Source: Eledone cirrhosa (taxonomy: Eukaryota). Taken from it: a stretch of DNA of 64,000 nt. Below, one piece after another: positions 36,648 to 50,374 of the stretch (its first letter is position 1; each line of letters starts with the position of its first letter). Below the pieces are notes generated by a model. It searched no databases. It was not told where the DNA came from and worked only from the letters and a program-made list of their open reading frames with translations. The position numbers were made by a program, and so were the translations under genes. The stretch spans positions 362,886,001 through 362,950,000 of the forward strand of contig OZ024741.1 in assembly GCA_964016885.1 (NCBI GenBank), read 5' to 3'.

Positions 36648-39600
36648 CATCATCATCACGATTTTACGTCCGTTCTTCCACGCTAGCATGGGTTAGATGG
36701 GTTGTCCTGTTGTGGGCAGTGTCCGGTCAGCTGACCTTGTCTTGCTCATATGGGAACTGATTCTGGCTTGATTTCTACAGCTGGATGCCCTTCCTAACAC
36801 CAACCTCATTTACAGTGAATGCAGAGTGCTTTTTTTCTGTGGCACCTACACGTCCACTTTACAGTGTGGGCTGGGTGCTTTTTTGCAGTGGGAGGGTTTG
36901 GGGGCATATTGTCTATATGCTTCAGCTTCGGCTTGTACCCGTGGGCTCGGGTCTTCTGTATTACTGCGTGACGCCAGAGGTGACGGTCGTGTGTCATCGC
37001 CTTTGAGAGGTGTAATTGGATAAGGTCGACTTATCACCTCATCCCAGGTGTTCTTGGGTCTCCCCACTCCGCGCTTTCCATCAACTTCTAGTGCTCTGCA
37101 CCTTTTTATGCAGCTGTCATCCTTCATACGCATCACATGTCCATACCAACGCAACTTCCTCTCCTGCACACAGCATTTGATTCCTCTTATGCTCAGTCTC
37201 TCTCTCAATTCATTTATGCTTTGCTGTTCGTATACACACATCATACAGTCTGCCTTTCATTTTGAGGGAAAAGCCTTTTGCAGCTAGCAGTGGCAGTAGC
37301 TCCCTGAACTTCTTCCATCCCGTTCTTACCCTAGTTATTGTACTTTCCGAACACACACCTCCGCTGCTAATTCGGTCAACTAGGTAGCAGAAGCTGTCTA
37401 CTGTTTCTACAGAGCCCTCCCAGAGTTTGGTGGTACTTATTTCCTGTGGCTGTTTGTTGATTGCTGTCCCAGCACAGCTGCTACATGTGAAGCCTACATT
37501 CTTAGTTAAGCTTCCTGAGATCCTGCTACATCTCTTGTGTACCCATTGTTTGCATTTGGGGCAGAGAATGGAGTTCCGACCTACACCTTTCCTACATACT
37601 CAGCAAGGCCATTTCCCTGAAGGGATCTGGGTTCTGTTTTCTCGTCTACTTACAAGGACCTTAGTCTTTGTCATGTTGACTTTGAGACCCTTTCTTTCTA
37701 GTCCCTGCTTCCAAGTTTGGAATTTATTCTCTAGTTCTACCATAGATTCAGCTATAAGTGCGAGGTCATCTGCATACAGGAGTTCCCATGGGCATCCGGT
37801 CTTAAACTCCTCCGTTATTGCCTACAGGACTATGATGAACAGGAGAGGGCTAAGAACAGAGCCCTGGTGGACACTGACCTGTACGCTAAATTCCTCGCTA
37901 TACTCATTGCTAATCCTAACTTTGCTGACTGCTCCCTTATACATGGCTTGTACAGCTTTCACAAGCCATTCATCTACTCCTAGTTTTCTAAGAGCCCACC
38001 AGATTACAGCACGTGGAACTCTGTCAAAGGCTTTCTTGAGATTGACGAATGCCAGGTAGAGTGGCTTACTTTTAGCTAGGTACTTTTCCTGTAACTGCCT
38101 CACAAGAAAGAGGGCATCAGTGGTGCCACTTCCTGGCACAAACCCAAATTGCATCTCGTCTATATTCACCCGGTCCCTAATCAGCTGTGCTATAACTCTT
38201 TCTGTTACTTTCATGACCTGGTCCATCAGCTTTATACCTCTATAGTTTCCTCTATCTAGTGCATCACCTTTACCTTTGTAGCAGTTGACAATGATGCTAC
38301 TGCACCAATCCTTTGGTATGACACCTTCTAGTATTACCTCGTTAACAATACGTGTGGTTATGGTGTGACCTACCGACCCAGATGCCTTCAGCATCTCGGC
38401 AGCTATACCTGATGGACCGGTTGCCTTCCCCGTCTTCATATCTTTGATTGCCTTACTTACTATGCTGCTGCTGACTTGTACTGCTGGCCCCTCTATAGGG
38501 TCTACTTGGGGTAGGGTCATTTCTTCCCATGCATTCTCCTCATTTAATAATCTATTATAATGGCTCTTCCACGCATCTTTCTTCTCAGCACTTGTAAAGG
38601 CAAGCTCACCTTTATCATTCTGGATACACTTCTCTCCAATGACATCACAATTCTCTCTGACACACTGCCTCGCAATATGTTTCTGGTCCTCGCGTTGCAA
38701 AACATGCTTGAATTTTCTATCCTCTGCTTCTCTTCTAGCTAAGTATACTTGTCGCCTAGCTTCCCTCCTGGTCTCTATGTAATGTACTCTGCTTCCCCCG
38801 TCTTTCCATGCCTGTCTCTTGGCCTTAACTGCCTCATCTACCTTATTGTTCCACCACCAAGTCACTCTCCTCCTGCCTGTGGTTTTACTCCAGCCACAGA
38901 TCTCATCCGTCGCCTTTAGTAAGTTATTTTTTAAGAACTCCCAGTGCTCTTCTACATTGAATGTCTTTATCTGTTCTTCTTTACTGTCATAGGCATTGAG
39001 TAAAATATCTTTAAATCTGTTACTGGCTGAGGTGTCTTTCTTCTCCAGGTTCGTCTAGTTCTGACCGTGAGGCCGCTGACAACTAAGCTATGTTGGGAGG
39101 TACATTCCTCACTAGGGAAGGCTTTTGTGTTTACGACTGTCCATCTGTCACGTCGTCTGATGAGGATAAAATCTATTTGACTAGAATGCTCCCCTGATCT
39201 ATAGGTGATCAGGTGGCTGTCAGGTTTTTTGAAGTTTGTGTTACATATCGACATGTCATTGGCGTCGCAGAATTCTAGAAGCCTGAATCCTTCTTCATTT
39301 CTTGTGCCAACCCCATGGCCTCCATGGACTCTATAGAAGCCGTCACGGTGTTTACCTACGTGTCCATTAAAATCTCCTGCAATGATTAGGAAGTCATTAT
39401 CGTTTGTTAGGGCAGTAATGTGCATTAGGGACTCGTAAAACCTATCCGTAAGTTCGTCTGGCAACCCCGATTGGGGTGCATAAGCTGATATTGTGGTAAT
39501 TGTTTTATTCGGGACTAGTCTGAGTTTAATGATTCTTGCATTCACCCTGTTCACTGAGATTACCTTATCTACCCACATGTTAGCTAGTAGGATACCTACA

Positions 39601-39890
39601 CCACCCATCCCATCGTCAGAAAAATTTGTAGCACTGATTTTTTTTCCTACAAGGACTCTAGCAGACTCTCCTCTCCATCTAGTCTCTTGCACACAGCATA
39701 CATCAATTTCCTTTCGCTCTAGCATCTCTACGATTTCTCCTGCTCTTCCTTTCATTGTGCTTATATTGATGGTACCAACTCGGAGTTTTGGGCATTTGTC
39801 AACATTCGTGGGAAAGATTTTTGCAGGGGTGTGTGTATGCTTCCTGTCTCTGAATTGAAACTTCACATGGGTGCTTGGTAGCTCGCGGAT
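36648..39890 (-). mobile_element. near full-length degenerate RTE-clade LINE
   Basis: APE (VQETRW, GDFNGHVG, SQH), RT (NYRGIKL, QFGF, LKKAFDRV, HQGSVLSP), RTE C-terminus (RLRWYGHV, GRPKNTW), (GAT)n tail; several stops and frameshifts. Confidence 0.92.
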
Positions 39891-40458
39891 TCATATTCAT
39901 TTTCATTTATTAATTCGGGGTTGCTCCATTTATTCTCTATAATATTCAGTTACTCCTTGATGCTTTTAAATAAGCCTTATATATATAAGGTTTATTTAAA
40001 AGCATTTGAAGGAGTTAAACGTGTTTATGTCCAAAATTATTTGCATAGATATACAGAGGAGGTTTTACAATATAGATATATATCAATTGAGCATTCAGCT
40101 CACCAGTGACATTGGATATACAGAAAATAGAGTGTAAATACAATTTAATGACATGTAAGCCCTATGATCAAGCTTAAGCCATTATAGGCTTGACCGTAGA
40201 ACTTACCGGACTTTAAACAGTATATGTGTGTGTGTGTATATATATATCCAGTCCACCCAGTCAATGCTATAAGATGGTCGTTAGAATACCAAGCTAAGAT
40301 CTATATGAGTAAGAAATAGTCCGGACTTGACTTGTCTCATAACACAACAACCCATGTAAGCGTGGAAAATGGATATTAAACGATGATGATTATATATATA
40401 TATATCATCATTTAATGTCCATTTTGCATGGGTTAAATAGGTTATTGTTCTTTATATA

Positions 40459-41328
40459 CGAGGTGTGTCAGAAAAGTTCCAGGACTGATGTCACAAAAGA
40501 TTTATTTCAAACCCAAACTTCACACTAAGAGTTTTCTCCTTCAAAGTAATCCCCCTGGAGTATGTTACTGTAATCTTAGCTCTCTGCAGTGATCAAACTT
40601 TTTTCTTCATAATTTTATATACATGGCCTCTGCTTCAGGTCGTCAAGCAATGAGCACAGAACAACGAACAAACTTGAAGTTTCTGGTACGGTTGGGGAAA
40701 ACTCCGTCAGAAGCACTGTGATTGCTGCAGCAAGTGTATGGAGATGAGACGATGTCACGCTCACGTGTTTTTGAGTGGTGCAAGATGACTCCAGGAGCGG
40801 AAGGCCCTCAACAACCAGGACTGAGGTCAACGTTGAACGCGTCAGGCAGATGGTGTTCAGGCAGCTGACTGTTCGACTGATGGCAAATGAGCTGGGCATG
40901 AATCGGGACAGCCTCTGGAAGATTCTCACTGAAGATTTGGACATGCTGTGCGAAGATGGTGCCAAAACTGCTGAAGGATGACCAGAAGGGTCGACGCATG
41001 CAAGTGTGCCAGGACATCCTCGAGCGTCTTGAAACTGAACCAGACTTGCTAGGGACAGTCATCACCGGTGATGAGTCATGGATCTTCAAGTACGACCCGG
41101 AGGGGACCCGTTTTGAAGACGTGGACGACATCAAAAAGGCCGTGACAATAGAACTGGAGGATCCCGGAAGAATCCTTCCAGGTGTGCATGCAAGGGTGGC
41201 AGAAAAGGATGGAAAAGTGCATTAGACTCCAGGGGGATTACTTTGAAGGAGAAAACTCTTAGTGTGAAGTTTCAGTTTGAAATAAATCTTTTGTGACATC
41301 AGTCCTGGAACTTTTCTGACACACCTCG
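40459..41328 (+). mobile_element. non-autonomous mariner derivative with ~103-bp TIRs
   Basis: TA TSD; TIR CGAGGTGTGTCAGAAAAG...; transposase relics EQRTNLKF, RSGRP, MVPKLL, ITGDESW, GDYFEG; catalytic middle deleted. Confidence 0.93.
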
Positions 41329-41652
41329 TATATATATATATATAATTTTTGTTCTTTATATCTATACATGTAAATAAAGAACAAAAATTAACAAGGATTT
41401 TAAATTAAAGTGTTTAATTGATTTATGACCATTTTGTTAGAGTAACTGGAATATTCTATTCCTGTTAGAATGAACTCATCAATCAATTAAATACAAATAA
41501 TATATACCTCACAGATCTTCAGTGAAAGAAGGAAAAACATAACTAATAGCATTGAAATATTTTAATGCTATTGTTTACATAATATAAATTAAATGCTGTA
41601 ATTTAAAATCCTTGTTTACCTTTATTCTTTATATATATATATATATATGTGT

Positions 41653-43204
41653 GTGGCGGGTACTTCTTTTTGCATCAGCTTTCTTTCTTCTTTCAATACT
41701 GTCTCAACAATGGTGCTACTCCGGAGCAGTGGAAAACTGCCAATGTCATTCCCCTGTTCAAAAAGGGCGACTGCACGTCACCTGTCAACTATCGTCCAGT
41801 CAGTCTTACTAGCTGTATTGCCAAACTGATGGAGTCCTGTGTCAGAGAAACACTTTGGAACTTCTGGAGCTCTCACAGCCTCAGCCGGCCCTCGCAATTT
41901 GGATTTATCCCTAACTCCAGCAGCTATGATCTGCTTATCGAGTTCCTTGAAGACATTACCCAGATCACTGACAGCGGCTCATGGGTGGATGTTGTTTACC
42001 TTGACTTTGCTAAGGCTTTTAATTCTGTGCCACACAAAAGACTTATGGTGAAACTCTCTGCAATGGGTGTGAAGGATGATCTTTTTAACTGGTTGAAATC
42101 CTTGATTCTCAGCCGAGAAGAGGTAGTCACGGTTCTAGGACAGCATTCTTCACCATATGAGATGTCATCTGGTGTACTACAGGGATCTGTTCTTGGTCCC
42201 CTTTTGTTTGTTACATACATTAATGACATAGATGCCAACTTAAAGAATGCCACGGTACTGAAATATGCAGATGACATCAAGCTGTACCTTGAAATCAAAA
42301 GGACAGATCCTGAAATCTATAACTCTTTCCTACAATCAGACCTGGGCACAGACTGGCAACTGAAGCTGGCTGTGGACAAGTGTACCACCATTTTGGGAGG
42401 AAAAATCCAGCGTCCACATACTCCCTCCACAACCCTGATATCAAGAAGTCCTCTTGTGAACGTGACCTGGGCATTACTGTCAGCAGCGATTTGCGTTGGA
42501 CAAAGCACGTCTCTAAAATTGTGAAGAAGGCCGAGGGTGTCTTGGCATCACTCAGCAAGACCTTTGTCAGCCGTTCTCCAGTTATCTATTTAAAGCTGTA
42601 TACAGCTATGGTACGACCACACTTGGAATTCGCATCATCAGTCTGGAACCCCTATCTTGCTCAGAACATTGACCTCCCGAAAACTGTTCAGAGACGTGCA
42701 ACCAAGCGCATACCCTCCATCAGACACCTACCATACTCTGAACGCCTTGCTTCCCTGGGCATGGATTCATTGAAGATCCGACGTCTGGCAATGGACTCGG
42801 TAAACACGCACAAAGTTATTAACCATCTCGCCAACAATAACCCTGAGCACCTTTGATCTCCATGTGTCTAACACACGTGGACATGCCTACAAAATCAGAA
42901 AACAGCACAGCTCCCATGACTTTCGGAAACATTTTTTCATGCTTAGAGTTGCTGAAGCATGGAACAAACTACCTGCGTCAGTTGTTAGCTGCCGAGACAC
43001 TGCATCCTTTAAAACCCTCATGCTTACTGAAATTCGCCAAAACTACACCTGATGTCTCCCTTCCATACACATGCACACATGTGTATATCATTACCCATGT
43101 ACTGTTCACTTTCCTGACGTTTTTACATTACCCTATGTACTATACATACACTTTTGATGAGTTGTAGTGCACCTAAGCACTGTTCACAATATTTTCATTA
43201 TTAT
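41653..43204 (+). mobile_element. 5'-truncated degenerate CR1 LINE, subfamily B
   Basis: RT ORFs 41649..42524 and 42380..42856 with frameshifts; longer 3' UTR; starts next to (TA)n. Confidence 0.93.
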
Positions 43205-43441
43205 ATGCTCTTTGAGATTGTAACTGGAAGCTTACTCATCACATTAAACTCTGAAATATTGTTTACCTATCTTGTTGTGGACGATAACATCACACTGAGC
43301 TTTAAAAAAGTTATTTTCCTTCATATGGTTGTATTATAAACATATTTAATATATATATATATATATATAAAAACATGTCATCATGCCCCCACCCTCTGTT
43401 TTTCCATACAGGCACATATTTCATGGGACACATACACACAG

Positions 43442-43484
<43 letters not shown>

Positions 43485-44034
43485 CCATTCCACCTAGCCT
43501 GTCATCATTTCCCACTCAGAAGAGCTGATATCAATACTCTTTGCCCAATCAACCTTTCAGCCTACTAACATTAAGAGCAGCAGCTCTGAAATGGATTGAC
43601 TTTCCTTACAGAAGGGAGATTGGAGGCCTGATGTGTGTTTAATCATCATCATCGTTTAACATTCATCTTCCACGCTTGCATGGGTTTGGACGGGAATTTT
43701 CCCACTTGAGGCAAGATTGGTTTTTACCGTGTTACCTACACGGCCACATTACAGCGTGGACTGTGTTTTTTTTGTCGTGACACCTACACGACCTCATTTA
43801 TTTAGGACTGGATGTTGTGGTACCAACATAACTTTACATCGAAAGGGGTGGTGTGGATGGAGTTGGGGTAGTGGGACGGGGGTGTATTTTTGTTAAGAGG
43901 TGCCTACTGACTGTATAAACAAAGCTTTATAATAAACAGGTTATGTACTAATTAATTAGTATTAAATGTGTTAAAACCCATAAATGTAAAATGAAGCAAT
44001 GACAAACATTGATGTAGTCTGTTTAAAAACCAAC

Positions 44035-44098
44035 CTTTTCTGAGGCTGGGGCTGGTAAATCCAGTTCCTGTTGCAATGATCTCATGGTTTCTTGCAAC
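44035..44098 (-). CDS. unnamed coiled-coil gene exon (tentative)
   Basis: ctaac branch point + polypyrimidine + tag| G LQETMRSLQQELDLPAPASEK|gttggt; needs an unlocated phase-shifting exon upstream. Confidence 0.5.
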
Positions 44099-45420
44099 CT
44101 ACAAGGCAAAGAAAATTACAGTTAGTTCTGTTGTTAAACAAGCATCATATATTATTTTATTATTTTACTGGCTTCAGTCATTAGACTGAGGCCAAGCATC
44201 TATTCTTAATAAATATGTTAGTCCAAAATATTATGTCCTTACTTTAGATATCGTTTTTCTATTCTTCCTCTCTCAATTTCCTATAAAGAAATGAAACATA
44301 GAAATACACACTTTACTATCTGTAAATAGAGTAGTTTTCTTATCTCACAACATGTACTACAAGTGCTTTATGGCCATTTCCCTTGCTAAACCAGAGGTTA
44401 GCTCTATGGGCTTTTTAACCCTTTAGCATTTACATTACTCTATATTTACTATTATATTTTCATGGTAAAGGCTTTACCTCACATAATATCGACTCTATGA
44501 TATTTTGAGAACAATACCTTAACATCAGTATGAGGGACAGGTTACAACTGGTTTGAACAGAAAGGAGGGAGAGAATTCTGGCCGGTTACAGCCAGTTTAA
44601 ATGCTAATGGGTTAACAGGTTTGCTCATCATGGAGGGGTATTTAAGAAAATGTTTTATGACCAGATGCCCTTTCTGGTGCCCCATATGATTCAAGGATAT
44701 GGTGTACTTATTCTAAACAGGGCACACACAGAATTTCATAGCATGTACCAAAGATTTTTTTTGCCTTAGTTTATATGCACCTATAAACAGTTATTAAGGC
44801 AAGAGAAAGACTTTAAATGTAATTTCCTACTCTGTCCATTCCTCAAAAATCATTTAACATTCAAACATTGATTTAGTGTTCACACATAAAGCTAGCATTG
44901 CATCTAAATCTGGATATGTAGGGTAACAATAACAGAATTATACATAACACTGTTGTATTGTTGGACATCTGACAGTTTTAACAACAAATGTTTCAAGTGG
45001 TTGACCCTTCCACAGACATATGCACCCATAACGTAATCTTCAGCAAGATTCAGTCCTTTGAATGACGGGTACAACTATTTTTTTTTCTAGCTGAGTAGAC
45101 TGGAGCAGTGTGAGATAAAGTATCTAGCTCAAGGACACAATGTGCCACCGGGTCTGGAAATTGAACTCATGATCTTACAATCATGAACCGAATGCTCTAA
45201 CCACTAAGCCACACACATAGCACTGAGCACCTAATGTAACACTATTACATGTGATCTATTAGTGAGAAATATATCACTGGAGGTCAGAGGTAAGTTGGAT
45301 TTAATGTGACTGAGGGGTGAAGTTAAAAGAAATTAAAATTTACTCAAACCTTTTTTTTCTTTTTATGCTTGTAATATGTGTTTTTTCTACTGTTTAAATA
45401 AGGAGAGAAGGGCATTGTTT

Positions 45421-47535
45421 ATAATAATGAAATTATTGTGTAAAGTGCTCAGGTGCACTACAACTCGTCAATATAGTACATAGAATAATACACAAATGCC
45501 AGGGAAGTACATGTTTGTATGTGTTAGCTGTAGTGTTGGCGGATCTCGGGAAGCATGGAGGCCTTAAAGGATGCAGTGTCTCGACAGCTAACAACTGATG
45601 CAGGTAGTTTGTTCCATGCTTCAGCAACTCTGAGCGTGAAAAAATGTTTCCGAAAGTCATGGGAACTGTGCTGTTTTCTTACTTTGTGGGCATGTCCACG
45701 TGTGTTAGACACATGGAAATCGAAAAGGCACTCAGGGTTGTTGTTGGCAACATGGTTAACAATTTTGTGGGTGTTTACCAAGTCAGTTGCCAGGCGTCGG
45801 AGCTTCAATGAATCCATGCCCAGGGAAGCAAGGCGCTCAGAGTATGGTAGATGCCTGATGGAGGGTATTTGCTTGGTTGCACGTCTCTGAACAGTTTCCA
45901 GGCGGTCAATGTCCTGAGCAAGATAGGGGTTCCAGACTGGTGATGCAAATTCTAAGTGTGGTCGTACCATAGCTGTATACAGCCTTAAATAGATATCTGG
46001 AGAGCGGCTGACAAAGGTCTTGCTGAGTGATGCTAAGACACCCTCGGCCCTCTTGACAATTTTAGAGACGTGCCTCGTCCAACGCAAATCGCTGCTGACC
46101 GTAATGCCCAGGTCACGTTCACAGGAAGACTTCTTGATATTAGTGCTGTGGAGGGAGTATGTGGACGCTGGGTTTTTACTCCCAAAATGCATGGTGGTGC
46201 ACTTGTCCACAGCTAGCTTGAGTTGCCAGTCTGAGATCCACTGTTGCATTGTGTCCAGGTCAGACTGCAAGCAAGATCTATAGTGTTCAGGATCTGTCCT
46301 TTTTATCTCAAGGTACAGCTTGATGTCGTCTGCGTACTTTAGTACTGTGGCATTCCTTAAGTTGGCATCTATGTCATTAATATATGCCACAAACAAAAGG
46401 GGGCCAAGAACAGATCCCTGAGGTACACCAGATGACATCTCATATGGTGAGGAATGCTGTCCCAGAACCGTGACTACCTCTCTTCGACTGAGAATGAAGG
46501 ACTTCAACCAGTTAAAAAGATCATCCTTCACACCCATTGCAGAGAGTTTTGCCATAAGCCTTTTGTGTGGCACAGAATTGAAGGCCTTCGCAAAGTCAAG
46601 ATAAACAACATCCACCCATGAGCCGCCATCAGTGATCCGGGTGATGTCCTCAAGAAACTCTATAAGTTGATCACAGCAGCTGGAGTTGGGGATAAATCCA
46701 AATTGCGAGGGCCGGATAAGACTGTGAGAGCTCCAGAAGTTCCAAAGTGTTTCTCTGACACAGGATTCCATCAGTTTGGCGATGCAACTAGTAAGACTGA
46801 CTGGACGATAGTTCACAGGTGATGTGCGGTCACCCTTTTTGAACAGAGGAATGACACTGGCAGTTTTCTACTGTTCTGGAGTAGCACTGTTGTTCAGACA
46901 GAATTGGAAGAAGCGTGATAACTGGTGTAGAAGGAAGTACCCACCACGTTTAAGAAGCAGGTACGTAACACCATCAAGACCAGGAGAGGCATGGTTGCGT
47001 TTATTTTTTAGGTGACGTCGCAGCATTGCAGGTGTAAATTCCATGGTTGTAATAGAGTCCGGTGTCATAGGTGGTGGAGATGGTACACTCTGGTCTTCAA
47101 TGGTGAAAATGCCTGCATAGCATTCAGCAATGAGCTCTGCGCATTCCTTGGGGTCGTCAGTAACCTGGCTTGTGTGGGGATTGCGAAGAGGACCAACTGG
47201 AGAGTGAGGCCTCTGCTTTGAGTGAACATACTTCCAGAACACATTACTGTCAGGGCTGGTTGCTATGCGCTGCTCAAATTGAAGCACTGCCTTTTTTGTC
47301 ACCTGTTTGAGGTGGTTGGACGATCTATTTCGCCTCTTCCTATTAATGTCTGATTTGCGAAGTTTGTACTCACGTTCAGCATTGCGCCGTTCTTTTCTGG
47401 CAAGACGGACTGCTGCAGTCTCCCAAATTGCGCTTTTAGGATGTTTTTTCCGCTTACGTGGCACCGATGCTGCACATGCTGTCCATATTGAGCTCAGGAT
47501 GTTCTGGAGTACAGTGTTGACATCTCCAGAGTCAT
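45421..47535 (-). mobile_element. 5'-truncated CR1 LINE, subfamily A
   Basis: near-identical to 20290-22403; TGG>TAG stop at 46868-46870; same 3' UTR and (ATT)n tail. Confidence 0.95.
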
Positions 47536-47878
47536 GATCCTTTTCAGGGCCTCTGAGATTGTTGGGAGACAGAAAGGAAAGTATCTGCAAACTGGAGACT
47601 ACTGGGAGAGGATTAGGAAGGTGTCCTAAAACCAGAGACCGCATTCAAAAGCTTGCATAAGATTATTCTAATGTTAAGAACATTCATAAGAGTATATTCT
47701 GTTTTCCACAGGGGCATGGTTTGGATGTGCTGTCATGGCATGAAACTAGACTGATCAGGAGACTAAACCTTATTCATATGTTCTATTTTGGGCACAGGTT
47801 CTACAGCTTGATGTCCTTCCAAATGCCAACCCTTCTACAGAGAGTACTGGGTGCATTAGATATTAAAATTATAGATAC

Positions 47879-48007
47879 CCGGAAATCTTCCATTTCATCA
47901 ATGATGTGTTGCCTTTGTTCTAAAGGTGATTTTTCTGAGGGTGTTAGTAGCATTGGGCTTGTTTGTTGACTTTTCACCAGACAACCAGATACATTGGTTA
48001 TATTTTC
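47879..48007 (-). CDS. unnamed coiled-coil gene exon
   Basis: ttgtag|ENITNVSGCLVKSQQTSPMLLTPSEKSPLEQRQHIIDEMEDFR|gtatct; only open frame is phase 0. Confidence 0.6.
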
Positions 48008-50195
48008 CTACAAATATTAATGGTGAAGCTAAGAAAAAAGGTAACCTGTTTTTTGTGAGCATGAACTCCATCCTGACACTAAATTAGACTTGATGTGACC
48101 AGTTTAATCCTTTCATTACCATAATTCTAATGTAATACACTGTCAATGTGTTTCAATTAATTTAAAAAATAATAAAACATTTGGTGTAATCTAGCTAGTA
48201 AATTGAATAACTTTCTTGTCATTAAGCTGAGCATTATTTAACAAAAGGTTCTGACATTAAATTATGATAGATTTTTAGATAAATATAACAATTATAAATA
48301 AACAGTTTTGTACAATAGAACCAGGGCTGGTTTCAAGCAGTTTGGTATCAAAAGGATTACCATATATACACTCAAATATAAGCCAACCCTCTATTTTATG
48401 TCTGAGCAATGGGCAAAAGTCCAAACACCATGTATAAGCTGAGGCAGCTAAGCAATACATTATTTTCAGATGATATAGTTTTGAAATTATCATGAGTGTG
48501 GAGAATGTATTTATGAAATTTTAATATTTTGTCGTTTAAAATATAGTTTTTGTTTCACAACTCCATTATGAAATGATTTTTTACCATTTCATTCATTTTA
48601 TAAAGTTTCAACAAGTTTCTCGAATTTTTATTACTTCCAGCTGGGACTGTTAAGCCTTTTCTTTTTTAGCAGATAACAACAGCTATCTGAATGTAATAGA
48701 TATTTACTTAATACACACATCGAATAAAATGTATGCCTCAAAATCTTAGAAACCACTTGCATCGTACAAGTATTAAAGCTTTAAGTAGATTTTTTTTTCA
48801 GTTACATCTGTCTTGTGCCAGCATACCTCCTCTCTCAATCAGCTAAGAAATGAATAATTTCTGATCATTCTGAAGGCAATATTTATTTAAATCACATCAA
48901 AAACAATAAGAAAAACAAATTTCACCTCCAAAGTGAAACTGGAGGTGAAATTTGAATATTATGACGTGTATGCATGTATGTGTTTATCTGTAGGGGATAT
49001 TTATCATTAAAAAGTTTAAATTATAAAAATTTGTTGAGAATGTTCTCAATGTAATGCATAAGTAACACTCATGATGATATAGCAAATATAGAAAAAGTGT
49101 TTCATTGTCAAATAATCACTCCAGATATTTTAGCACCTTATCTATATAGAATTTGAAGTTGCTGAAAATTGACAAAATATTGGCCTTGAATATAAACTGA
49201 CCCCCATTTTGCCATCAATTGTTCGTCACATATTTCTTGGCTTATATACAAGTATATACAGTACCCCCCCACCCCACCCCCCAAAAAGGCAGTCTTTATA
49301 GCAAAAAAAGTAGGTACCTTACAGCAACTAGAAATAAGCTAAACACAAATTACTTCTGTGATGTAAACAAATGTGTGCAAAGGCGATGTTATATGATGTG
49401 ACATAAAAGCATCAAAGTGGTTAGTACATGTAACAACTGACAGCATTGTAATAGAAGATTGTATTAGATGAAAAACCACACAGTATTAGTAGATAGAGAA
49501 ATCAAATCTTAGAAAACAAAAGACAAACAAATAAAACTACATTTTATGTACCTAACTCCCAACAAATGTAGAAAAACTGTTTTATAGTTTTCTATTAAGC
49601 TTTTTTAAATGATATTCTTGATTGTTACGGAGTTAAAACGATGAAAGCTAAGTCCTCCTTCATCAGAAAAACCTTTGGCAATAATAAATTACATCACTGC
49701 TAAATATTGTTTCTTTTACTAATAGATATTCTGTGTTTTATTCTTTTACTGGCTTCAGTCATTAGATTGTGGCCATGCTGAGGTACCACCTTAAAGAGAT
49801 TTTTGGTTGATCATACTGACCTCAGTACATATTTTTTTTAAATCTGGTATTTATTTTACCAATCTCTTTTTCTTGAAGTTACAAGACATAGACACATACA
49901 TAAATGTAAATACAAACACATATACATGACGGACTTTTGCAGTTTCCATCTACCAAATTTCACCCATAAGGCATTGGTCAACTCTGTAGGAAGACACTTG
50001 CCCAAGGTGCCTCATAGTGGGACTGAACCTGAAACCATGTGGTTGTAAAGTGAACTCTTTAACCATACTATACGGCATATACTGTTGTATATAATCTTCT
50101 TCACAAATATATATTTCTTCACTGTACTCAATATATTATATATACATATATATTTCTTCAGTACACTACTTACACCAGTTCCTTCACTATCTCAC

Positions 50196-50236
50196 CTTCA
50201 AAGGTCTTCCAGATTTCATTCCTTCAAAATTAATTC
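50196..50236 (-). CDS. unnamed coiled-coil gene exon
   Basis: gtcag|(G)INFEGMKSGRPLK|gtgaga; phase 1->0. Confidence 0.62.
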
Positions 50237-50374
50237 CTGACAATAGATAAACAGAAATAACAAACATCTTAACCTTCCAAGAATTTAGGTAGTAAATATA
50301 GTGACACAGAGACAGACAACAAACATCCACACACTCACAGGTATAAATTTCTATAGTGTCTGGATAATACAAAC

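Noticed and set aside
37427-38059. 210-aa + strand ORF and similar antisense ORFs over LINEs
   Set aside because: Shadow frames of RT coding sequence with no independent motifs.
43490-43610. Possible extra exon of the minus-strand gene
   Set aside because: Contains stops and resembles a decayed RTE endonuclease start.
46868-47644. 258-aa ORF as a chimeric host-LINE protein
   Set aside because: Chance read-in from flanking DNA into a 5'-truncated CR1 that stops at a premature TAG.
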